DNA of 64,000 nucleotides from Candidatus Poribacteria bacterium (GTDB lineage Bacteria > Poribacteria > WGA-4E > JAJDTR01): contig CBDCTK010000002.1 of the NCBI GenBank assembly GCA_965222225.1, forward strand, positions 4,064,001 to 4,128,000, given 5' to 3'. The translations under genes were made by a program, and so were the position numbers. The notes below the pieces were generated by a model that saw nothing but the letters and a program-made list of their open reading frames with translations, ran no database searches and had not been told where the DNA came from. Positions within the stretch are counted from its first letter, which is position 1. Each line of letters starts with the position of its first letter. Shown here in pieces: positions 52,544 through 61,652 of this stretch.

Positions 52544-52569
52544 AGTATTTTTCCTTCTGTTAAAAGATG

Positions 52570-53343
52570 TTAATCTTCCTCAGCGAGAAAGGTGTCGGGG
52601 TAATACCCGGCATCTGCATAATCAACAAATTTCACACCCGGGTATTTGTTCTTCCACTCTCCCGTGATGAAATCGTCAGTGTCGAATGGCCTAGCCTGCG
52701 ATCCTAATGAAGATACAATCATCCTGAATGTGACGACATTTCCATCTCCATTATCAATAATCTCGTCTGCCCATTGGACATACAGTACATCAGGGTAGAT
52801 AGGATAGACTTTGCCATCGTTGTGTCCGAAAGCGCCATCTATAAAACCGCGTTCTCCCTGATTCCAGAGTTTTATCAAGACACGGCATATCAACTCGTGT
52901 TCGGGCATGTCTCCCTTTTTGTAGCCGGGCATGCCTAACCAGACGGGTATGAGGTGTGAGGGAAAACCTTCGGGAACGGGTGGGAAATCGCTGTTTTCCT
53001 CGGCGGCTTCCTCATCAAGCGCCAGCAACACGGCTTCAAAATCTGTATCATCAAAGTCGTTGTCTTGGCTTAACGACTCTGTGCTGGCGAATTCGAGACT
53101 GGCGGTGGTTGTACTATCCGTTGTAGATTCATCACCGGACGCCTTCGGTGCATAGGCGCGCTTTGGTGGCTGCAAAGCACGCTTGAGGATCTCGGCACGC
53201 TCCGGATTAGGCTTAGGCAAGGCATAAACCGTCTTGGGTTCGACAGGTTGGCTCGCACGCCATACCAAGAATGTACCTAGCGCGACACAAAGCAACACAA
53301 CTAGAACGCCGGCATATAGGCAGTACTTCTTAACGAAAACCAT
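52570..53343 (-). CDS. Hypothetical membrane-anchored protein
   Basis: N-terminal TM, acidic linker, FPPVPEGFP, ELICRVLIKLWNQG. Confidence 0.75.
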   Translation of the reverse strand: MVFVKKYCLYAGVLVVLLCVALGTFLVWRASQPVEPKTVYALPKPNPERAEILKRALQPPKRAYAPKASGDESTTDSTTTASLEFASTESLSQDNDFDDTDFEAVLLALDEEAAEENSDFPPVPEGFPSHLIPVWLGMPGYKKGDMPEHELICRVLIKLWNQGERGFIDGAFGHNDGKVYPIYPDVLYVQWADEIIDNGDGNVVTFRMIVSSLGSQARPFDTDDFITGEWKNKYPGVKFVDYADAGYYPDTFLAEED

Positions 53344-53379
53344 ATTAGCTATCGCCCTCCCTATTCGGTCGGTTGATCC
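53344..53379 (+). repeat. Modular repeat copy between the RBS and ATG of the 53343 gene
   Basis: ATTAGCTATCGC CCTCCCTATTC GGTCGGTTGATCC. Confidence 0.8.
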
Positions 53380-53517
53380 TTTCTCACTGAGTGGAATTGA
53401 AGCACCGAGATCCATTAATGACAAATCAACGATTCTCCGCAAAGCAAAGAATCCGGTTTGAGATAACCATCCGTTCATGCGGAACGGCTATCGACTCACG
53501 TTTCGTTAATGTATTAC

Positions 53518-53533
53518 CGCAAACCCTATGCCA
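53518..53533 (-). promoter_or_regulatory. Sigma-54 (-24/-12) promoter
   Basis: TGGCATAGGGTTTGCG, correct GG-N10-GC spacing, next to a bEBP remnant. Confidence 0.75.
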
Positions 53534-53844
53534 AAACCGAAAACAGACACGAATTTGACGCCGGTGAAGCCGTTGCGTCTAGGCATGGTGCGGGTTCAGG
53601 AACTTTTCAGGCGAGGGAGACGGAATCCTACGGCAAGGCAGAAAGGGGTGGGATGTTTTGTCGAGTCAGTTCGGGAAAATGGGCTTAAGAGGTGTTTCAA
53701 CTCTTGCCAGCAAAGGATTTCAAGCAAAATCAGACAAAATGTCCCCAAAAGCCACATTGTCACACCCTTTTGAGACGAGTGGTCGCGCGGCAGGAATGAA
53801 TGCGTATAGAACAGCAAGTGAAGTTGGGAAAAGCAAACACCTCC

Positions 53845-54385
53845 TCAGGCTTTGCCTTCAGACTTTCGCATGCGGTTTACGCGCTTGGTTAACGCCTCTC
53901 TTGAAATACTCAAGAGTCGAGCCGCAATGGTCTGCTTTCCATCGGCGCGCTTAAGCGCCTCCTCAATCACGAGTGGTTCTACTTCTTTCAACGAGGGCAG
54001 GTTTCGCGCGCGAGCTAATGTCTCGGTAAACCCGACCTCCCTCGCTCCGGTCACGGTGTCCTTGTGCAAAGCAGAAGTTTGTTCGTCAATCGCTTCCCGA
54101 AAAGGTTCTGTGGACAGTACGCCGCCTTTGTGCTGACTCACGGCGTCGTGCACCATCGCCTCAAGCTCTCTGATGTTTCCGGGGAAGTGGTAGGTCCCAA
54201 GCAGCGTAAAGAGCTCCGGTGGAGGCGTAGGCGTTTTTTGCCAAGCGCATTGCCGGATTGTTTGAGGAAATGGGATACGAGCAAAGGAATGTTCCCCTTG
54301 CGCTCACGCAGCGGAGGCAAAAGTACAGGTCTTCGCGGAAAGTTCCGCCCGCTGTCAGAAATTCAATCGTCCGATCCGTCGTCAC
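53845..54385 (-). pseudogene. Sigma-54-dependent (NtrC/Fis) activator C-terminal remnant
   Basis: G.FREDLYF, PPLRERK.NIPLL, FPGNIREL, ALKRADGKQTIAARLL, spread over several frames. Confidence 0.8.
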
Positions 54386-54589
54386 AACCGTTGGCGGCGC
54401 TCAATAATTAGCCGATTGATGCAGCCGCTTCTGGTCAAAAAATCGCCGTAGTCTCTCAATTGACGAGAAGCTAGGTTCAACCAAGTCATAATCGTTAAGA
54501 TTAACCTCCTCATGCTTGACACTACTCCAAATCTATCCAGCCGAGGTACCACTGTCTGCTTTTCGGCGTAAGGCCTGGTTCTCTCCCCG

Positions 54590-56518
54590 TTACCACCACG
54601 CGGTGAAGTTGTAGGTCTGGGTTTTAAACACAATTCCAAAAAGCGCCCAGAAACCCCCCACCGCAAATTCGCCCAAAATCATGCCGAAGAATAGGGGCAG
54701 CACTTGTCGATGCAACTTCAATCCGCCGTGTCTTAAAACCAGCCACTTAATCAGCCACGCCAGGAAGAACATCGACCAAAGATCCCGCATTCCGTATGTA
54801 CTGGATACTGCGTACCCCGCCGGGTGAAAGGGCCACCAGAGGAATTGCCACCGCATAACCATCAGGAAGATTCCGAACAACAGACCGTATGCAAAGAATC
54901 CCATGCCCATAAAATCTGTTGATGTCGGATAGGTCAACCATCCCTGTAAACGCTTGAACGGTTCTAGCCCGGCCCAAGTCATGGTAACGCCACTGTGTTG
55001 ATACGCCGAATCCAATACCGCCCAAAAGGCGACCACCGTGCCAAGCACCGTGGCAATCAGCATAGCGAGAAGGACACGACGGTTGTTCATCCGCGATTGA
55101 TCGGCAAGCTTGAATCCCTCAAGTTGATGCGGCATGACATCGCTGTAGTGGGCACGGGTGAGGAACCAGAAGAAAGATAGAACAGACAGGTTACCCGGGC
55201 CTAATTTTCGTGTGCCCATTGCACCTACCATGAGGTATTCCGGTCCTGCGAAGTGTAGGTCGTGGATAGGGGAGCCTACCTCGGCACGGATCCGGGTAAT
55301 GCCGATTTCCGTCATCAAGTACAGTGCGAAAAAGATTCCCGCTGCCCACATGGACATGCCCGCCTTCCAGCAGAACACCACTAGAAAAGCAAAGCCAAAT
55401 ATCAACCCAAGCACGGCGGTTCGATAACGAAGCGGCTCCGCAGCCCCAGCATCTCTGTGTTCTCGCGCACCAAGATGCAGTATCGATCTGAATAGTCGTG
55501 CCAAATGCCCTCGACCGATCCACAAGGCGATGACGAAAAGCGCGATGTACGCTCCCGTGCTCTGCTCCGGAAATTCCGGACGCTGGCGAAAGCCCATCGC
55601 GCTGCCCAAGACTAACTGTGCTTTCCAAAAGAAGAAAAAGAACCAGCAGGAGAAAGCTATGTCGAGCGGAATGAGAAAGATGAGCCCCAACATAAACGGA
55701 CGGAAGGTCAGCGCCATATGACCTATGGCATCCCACGGCTTTGTTGTAAATAGAGTGCCTAGATTAATCGGTTTGAACCGAAGGTATGGAATCGAGGGAA
55801 AGAAGAAGTGAAACCCGTTAATCATTCCGATTAGGCTTACCACGCAGAAACTAATCAAAAACAGCCTATTCGTGAACAGTTTGGATGCGGGGTTCGTCAT
55901 CTGGAAGGGGAGTTGAACAATCGGGAATGACAATCGCTCCCGATCCGACCACTGCTTGCGAATGATTATATTGACACAGATCATCACAAACATCAATACA
56001 CATATAAAGGCAGACCATATGAGTACCGGCGCTAGCCACGCTTCGATGTGTCGTGCGGTATAAAGGGACGATTCCGTTTTTACCCCTGTGATGTACCCAT
56101 CCAGAGTCCACTGGTCGGTGATGGCAAGCCATTTGGGAATGTAGCGGCCGAAGAGTTCGCTCCATTCGTTCTCCGGGGTGGCCAAGCCAAACGGGGCAGC
56201 CATAGTCGGCGGCAGGATTTGAATCATGCTGTGACCGACCAGCGCTGCCGACTGGCTCAGCATAATGTAGAGCGTGACCAGTTCGCCCTGGCGAAAAACC
56301 AGTTTGGGAGAGATTTTTCGCAGCGGGATGTTAAGAACGATTAGGATGAGTAGGTTGAAGACGACGTTGAAAAAGAGCGCAACGAGTGTCGAGTGGGCGG
56401 AATAGTAGATCGCTTCCATCTGCATGATCCAGTATGAGTTTAGCGGGATCAGCAGAATGGCGATCAGTATTGCGCGCCACGTCACAGCAGTGTCCTGATT
56501 TGGTTTGTCAAGGGTCAT
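54590..56518 (-). CDS. Polytopic membrane protein, DUF6785/DUF6784-like putative transporter
   Basis: ATPENEW, RKQWSD.ERL.FP, RIRAEVG.P.H, WWPFHPAGY; RBS GGAGG. Confidence 0.75.
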   Translation of the reverse strand: MTLDKPNQDTAVTWRAILIAILLIPLNSYWIMQMEAIYYSAHSTLVALFFNVVFNLLILIVLNIPLRKISPKLVFRQGELVTLYIMLSQSAALVGHSMIQILPPTMAAPFGLATPENEWSELFGRYIPKWLAITDQWTLDGYITGVKTESSLYTARHIEAWLAPVLIWSAFICVLMFVMICVNIIIRKQWSDRERLSFPIVQLPFQMTNPASKLFTNRLFLISFCVVSLIGMINGFHFFFPSIPYLRFKPINLGTLFTTKPWDAIGHMALTFRPFMLGLIFLIPLDIAFSCWFFFFFWKAQLVLGSAMGFRQRPEFPEQSTGAYIALFVIALWIGRGHLARLFRSILHLGAREHRDAGAAEPLRYRTAVLGLIFGFAFLVVFCWKAGMSMWAAGIFFALYLMTEIGITRIRAEVGSPIHDLHFAGPEYLMVGAMGTRKLGPGNLSVLSFFWFLTRAHYSDVMPHQLEGFKLADQSRMNNRRVLLAMLIATVLGTVVAFWAVLDSAYQHSGVTMTWAGLEPFKRLQGWLTYPTSTDFMGMGFFAYGLLFGIFLMVMRWQFLWWPFHPAGYAVSSTYGMRDLWSMFFLAWLIKWLVLRHGGLKLHRQVLPLFFGMILGEFAVGGFWALFGIVFKTQTYNFTAWW

Positions 56519-56564
56519 GTTCTGCGATTTTCCTCCGGCGTTCCGATAATCATCCATTCTGAAA

Positions 56565-56600
56565 GGATCTCTATCGCCTTCGCTATCCGATCAGTTGATT
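56565..56600 (+). repeat. Modular repeat copy supplying the stop codon of the upstream dehydrogenase gene
   Basis: GGATCTCTATCGC CTTCGCTATCC GATCAGTTGATT. Confidence 0.8.
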
Positions 56601-57553
56601 TGATTTACCGGACTGCGGGGTTTCTGACCTTGCAGAACACGCACTACCTCTTCCGCTCCTCTCGTTCGCATATCTTCCATCGATTCTTCCGAATACCAGG
56701 CGCTGTGCGGCGTAATCCACACCCGTTCTTCGTGCAGAAGTGGATGGTCAACCGGTGGAGGTTCAGCCGACAGCACGTCAAGCGCTGCTCCTGCAATCTG
56801 TCCGGACCTTACGGCTTCAAGCAACGCATCCTCGTCAATCAATGCACCGCGAGCGGTGTTGATTAGGAAGGCTGTGGGTTTCATCAATGAAAGCGATTTG
56901 GAATTGATGATGTGCCGCGTTCCCTCTGTTAGCGGCACGTGTAGAGAGATATAATCCGATGTGCGCAGCAGCGTCTCCCAATCAACCAACTGAGCGTCGG
57001 AGGATTCAGGGGGCAACGAATCCAGGTAGGGATCGTGAACAACCACTTCTAGACCGAGACCGCGAGCCTTACTGCCTACTGCTCGACCAATACGCCCGAA
57101 ACCCAACAAACCGAGCGTTTGTCCTTGAAGTCGGCGAATGGGCGCAACGACCTTGTTTCCCCATTCACCTCTACGAGTCGATTCGAGCAGACGTGGGAAA
57201 CCGCGTGCGTGAGCCAATAGGGACGCGATGGCGTGAGTCGAAACCTCATCAACTGCGTAGTCGGGGACGTAGGTCACCCAAATACCGTGTTTGGTGGCTG
57301 CATCGATATCAATGGCATCAAGTCCGGTTCCCACCCTGCTGATAATCCGGCAACGCTCCATGGTGGCTATTAGCTCGGCAGGAACGGGTTGAAGGGTGAC
57401 CATCAGTGCGTCAGCCTGTGCTACGACTTCACGTGAGGCAGGTGTGTCGAGACTACCTAGATGTGACACATTTGCGTCAATCGTACTTAACATTTCCTCC
57501 TCTATCCGGATGTCGCCGAATCCGGGATATGCAATTACAACAGTTGGTGCCAT
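56591..57553 (-). CDS. D-isomer-specific 2-hydroxyacid dehydrogenase (CtBP/SerA-like)
   Basis: GFGRIG, LINTARG, ALDV..EP, TPHSAWYS. Confidence 0.93.
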   Translation of the reverse strand: MAPTVVIAYPGFGDIRIEEEMLSTIDANVSHLGSLDTPASREVVAQADALMVTLQPVPAELIATMERCRIISRVGTGLDAIDIDAATKHGIWVTYVPDYAVDEVSTHAIASLLAHARGFPRLLESTRRGEWGNKVVAPIRRLQGQTLGLLGFGRIGRAVGSKARGLGLEVVVHDPYLDSLPPESSDAQLVDWETLLRTSDYISLHVPLTEGTRHIINSKSLSLMKPTAFLINTARGALIDEDALLEAVRSGQIAGAALDVLSAEPPPVDHPLLHEERVWITPHSAWYSEESMEDMRTRGAEEVVRVLQGQKPRSPVNQIN

Positions 57554-57666
57554 TTGCTATATGCTCCTTCTTTATGGATTGTTTGGTAGTAACTCCCTGC
57601 GGTAGTTATTCGATTCTCCGCGTAATGGGGGCGATTGTCCGAAATTACTCCTGTCGTTCTCTACAA

Positions 57667-59646
57667 TTAAATTTGCGCATAAGTAATCAACAGCGAGCCT
57701 GGCGCTTTGTTGATTGTCACCTCAATCCCGTCGCTGAGAGCACTGCCTGTGACCGTTTCCACATCGCGCGAATCTTCGGATTTGAGTTCGTACCGTGCTT
57801 TTGGATCAAGCCCCCTTAAACTCAGTCGAGCTGAAAGGTAAGGGCTCTGCGGACGGCGAAATGCCAAGACCATGCCCTGTTTCAAGTCTTCACGGTGGAA
57901 CTGGAACGCCATCCAAACGTCATCATTGGTCGAGTACGATGTCAGTGGATAGTAGTCTCCGTAAAAGAAGGGACGGATTCGTTTATATTCGGCTGCCGTC
58001 TTTTGAGCAATCTCGACCGGGAAGTTCGGGGAATGGACATCCCAGCCAAGAACGAATCCACTGTTCATCGCGCTACGTGATTCATAGGAATTTGGGTTGT
58101 TGCTACCGGTGCCGCTGCATGGCAGATAGTAGTGCAATCCATACGTGTGGCACTGGTATCCGTTCGGTTCATAGTAGTCGTAATCAGTGCGCCAGAGCGG
58201 CACGCTTCTGGAGGTGGTTTCAAGATCAATGCGCCGTCCGCCGCTGGCACAATTGTCGATGATTAACCCAGGATGTCGATTCAGCAGTTCATCCCAGAAC
58301 GCATATAAACCTTCAATATGTCGGATTTCCGTCATTCCCTGGCGGTCCGGAGCGTCTGCCGTGCGCCAATGACGAAGCGGATCCATATTGAAATCCTGAC
58401 GGTAGACGCTAATTCCCTGTCCTGTAATCATCCCGGAGATGTGCTCTATGAGCCAACGCCTCGCCTCAAGGTTCCCTAGATTTAACAATCCGTTTGGGTT
58501 GTCAGGAATCCTAAGAACCCAGTCGGGGTGTTCCCGGTCGAGCCACGATTCTTGATATACGCGCTCCGGTTCAAACCAGAGAAGGAATTTCATCTCAGCG
58601 TTCTTGGCGGCATCCGAAAGCGGCTTAAGCCGGTTGGGAAAATGATCTTCTCTAATGGTCCAATTCCCAACGCCGCTAGGCCAGCCGCCATCAAACCACC
58701 CCGCGTCGAGCCACCAATTCTCGACATTCAATCCCAGCTCATGGTAACGTTGGGTAAATGCAATCTGATTGGACTCGGTCGATTCGTTTAGGGGAGAGCC
58801 ACTGGCTGAAAAAGGCGTCGTCACGGGCTTACCGTCCTTTTGAGGGGTGTGGTGAGCCAAGATGAAACGCCTCAGCAGGTTGTGGCCTCGCATTCGATCT
58901 TCACCCTCCCAGAACAGCAAAAGTATCCGGGGTGTGCGAATTTCTTCGCCGGGATAAAGCTTCAGATGGGTCAATTCCATCCCGGATAGAATCCTCAGAC
59001 TCTCCGCGTCGTCTCTGAGAAAGCTAATCGACCACTGCCCCGACCAGCCAATCCCCAGCATCACGCCTCCGCCGGGCGTTTCAGTGTTGAAAAACGGAAG
59101 TGCTCGCGTATTGGAGGATCGTCCGCCTACCGGCGCAAGTTCAATCTTCGTGTTGGCGTGCAATACGTCTGTAATGGGGGCGAAATCGTTTCGGGAGGCC
59201 GAACTGCCCAAGGCACGATGGAGAACAAATTCGCCTTCCCCGTTGCGAGTGAAGACGGTATCTAGTGCCTGCACGTCCTCAAGGATGGGTGTGTGCGTAG
59301 CGCCCTCGTTCCTGAACTTAACAACCCACTCCACCGCCGGGAAGTCCGAGAAGATTTCCCATTCGCACTGGATAACAAGACCGGATTTGCTGTCTCTATA
59401 AGTCAGCAAGCCCGCTGTTTTCACGTCGTCATGGTGCGTCGTTTCCTTGCTGGATTCCCAGGTCTTGAGCAGGTTAGCGGAGGGTGTGCCACCATAAGTG
59501 AATGAAAATGGTGGAAGGGTCTCTGTCGACAGGTGAGAATTTATCCACGATTGGACTTTGTTTTTTTCTTCTGTAGATTGCAGAAGCGACAAACTGCCCT
59601 CCTTGAGAATTCCTTCTGTGATGTCCTTCACTGGCGTGCGCGCCAT
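57667..59646 (-). CDS. Alpha-galactosidase-like glycoside hydrolase, GH36
   Basis: WLDAGWF, LWFEPE, RQDFN, IDNCASGGRRID, WRTD. Confidence 0.88.
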   Translation of the reverse strand: MARTPVKDITEGILKEGSLSLLQSTEEKNKVQSWINSHLSTETLPPFSFTYGGTPSANLLKTWESSKETTHHDDVKTAGLLTYRDSKSGLVIQCEWEIFSDFPAVEWVVKFRNEGATHTPILEDVQALDTVFTRNGEGEFVLHRALGSSASRNDFAPITDVLHANTKIELAPVGGRSSNTRALPFFNTETPGGGVMLGIGWSGQWSISFLRDDAESLRILSGMELTHLKLYPGEEIRTPRILLLFWEGEDRMRGHNLLRRFILAHHTPQKDGKPVTTPFSASGSPLNESTESNQIAFTQRYHELGLNVENWWLDAGWFDGGWPSGVGNWTIREDHFPNRLKPLSDAAKNAEMKFLLWFEPERVYQESWLDREHPDWVLRIPDNPNGLLNLGNLEARRWLIEHISGMITGQGISVYRQDFNMDPLRHWRTADAPDRQGMTEIRHIEGLYAFWDELLNRHPGLIIDNCASGGRRIDLETTSRSVPLWRTDYDYYEPNGYQCHTYGLHYYLPCSGTGSNNPNSYESRSAMNSGFVLGWDVHSPNFPVEIAQKTAAEYKRIRPFFYGDYYPLTSYSTNDDVWMAFQFHREDLKQGMVLAFRRPQSPYLSARLSLRGLDPKARYELKSEDSRDVETVTGSALSDGIEVTINKAPGSLLITYAQI

Positions 59647-59710
59647 CTATACGCTTTGGGAAGAGTCTTATTACACGCCAAGAACTCAGTCGGGAAATAC
59701 AATCGACGTG

Positions 59711-61636
59711 TCATTGACGTCCTCGATATGTCACGAGAAGACTTGCTCGCGGTACGGGTTTGTCGATCGACAACCCTTCGGTCATTTCCGCCCCACTGAT
59801 TTGCCGATTGGTCCGGTTTCGAGATTCATCGCTCAAGGTGAGAAAATAATTTCCATCTGGGTTGAGTCTTCGCGGCAACACCTGAAGCGTGGAGGCGGAG
59901 CACTGTTCCCGTCGGAAGGCTAGGATGATTCCCTCGTCCAGATCCTGCCGATGCAACTGAAACGCGAGCCAGTCCTCGGGAGCAGATGAAGGTTTCGTTA
60001 GCGGGTAGAAATCGCGCAACCAGTAGGGGCGATTGACTCTCAATTCAGCCGTCGCTTCTCGCGCCAATTCAAATGGGAAATCGGCGTCCAACAACTGCCA
60101 CTGTGAAACGCCTCCGATGGTTGCGGAACTGCGGCAGTGATAAGTCTCGTGGCTATGCGTGCAGGCGAGATGCAACACAATGTAGGAACTCAATCCTATC
60201 GTCTGCACTTGGCGCCAGTCTGAATGATCGGAACCGCAACTCGTATCGCTCCGCCACATAGGAATGGCGCGCATACAGGTCTCAAGATCGATTCGTCTAC
60301 CGCCGCTCGCGCAATTGTCAATTATTAAGTTCGGGCGCGCACCGAGAAGGTCGTCCCAAAACTGATAGAAACCCGCAACCCACATCATCTCGGTCATCCC
60401 CTGCCGGTCCGCTGTATCCTTAGAACGCCAATAACCCAGCGGGTCAATGTTGAAATCTTCGCGGTAGATGTCTATTCCAAATTCGTCAATCAACCCTCCG
60501 ATTCGTTCTGTCATCCATTGCCGGGCTTCGGGAATCCCAAAATTAAAAACACCGTGAGATTGATCCCACAACCTAAGCACTCATTGCGGGTGCTCCCCCC
60601 AAACCTCGGTTCCCTCATGGACACGCCCCGGCTCAAACCGCACGAGGAATCGCATCCCGTTCTCATGAACGGCATCTGCAATCGGTTTTAGCCCATGTGG
60701 AAATTCCCGAGGTTTGGCGAACCAATTACCGACGCCGTGCGGAAAATCTCCTTCGAACCAAGCCGCGTCCAGCCAATAGGTATCTATTCCACACTGCGCA
60801 ACCTTATCGATGAAATCAAGTTGGCCAGCCTCCGTGGGCCAGGTCGGGTGGCTGTGATAAACATCGAAGTTGTTCTCCGCAATCGGGACATCGGGCAACT
60901 CACCGCCTACCCTCGGGACATAATGCGCAAACATCAGTCGGCGAAATTGATTATGTGCTGCCGCCAATCCATCAGACCAAGGCATTAGAAGAATCCTAGG
61001 CGTTCTGATCTTCTCTCCGGGATGAAGCCGCAAGTGGGTGTGTGCCATCCCGGCTTGCAGATTCAGGCTTCCCGGTTGCGTTCGCGATAGCGAAACTTTC
61101 CATTGACCCGTCCAGCCGATTGCGACGATTAGTCCCTCACCCCGATGTTCCGTAGTGAAATACGGAAATACGTTGTTAGACGATCGTCCACCCGTAGGTT
61201 GAAACGCGACTTTCTGACCGGCGTCCAATCGTGTTTCAAACGGGAGAAAACTCTGCTCGTTGCACGCATCACCATGAATTTGATGGAGCTTCACCGGTTC
61301 ATCGGATTCTGTTGACAGGGCAATATCCAGTGGCAGAATCGTTTCTAGAATGGGCGTATCTTCTTCGCCTACGTTTTCGAAGTAAACAACCAACTCTACG
61401 GCAGTGAAGCCGCGATGTACCTTAACTTGCAACGTCACCACAAGATCGGTATCGGGTTCTTTGAGGGATTTCACAATCTGAAATTGGTCGCCGTCCGCTG
61501 CTTCTTCTTTGGTGCCTTCGGACGTGTGCGGCAACGCCTTGAAACGGGCATCCCCGTACCTGAATGAGAGCGGAATACTAGAGCACATTTCCGTCACATC
61601 TCCCTCAAGCATGGTTCTGAATTCGCCCATCCACAT
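59711..61636 (-). pseudogene. GH36 alpha-galactosidase-like gene with one in-frame TGA at a conserved Trp (60581-60583)
   Basis: EHPQ*VLRL versus paralog EHPDWVLRI; both ORFs are contiguous in the same frame. Confidence 0.82.
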
Positions 61637-61652
61637 ATTGCCTTTTTCCCTT

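Noticed and set aside
60581-60583. In-frame TGA in GH36 as selenocysteine or genetic-code reassignment
   Set aside because: It aligns to Trp (TGG to TGA), not Cys. Other Trp residues use TGG and many intact genes end in TGA, so it is a nonsense mutation or an error.
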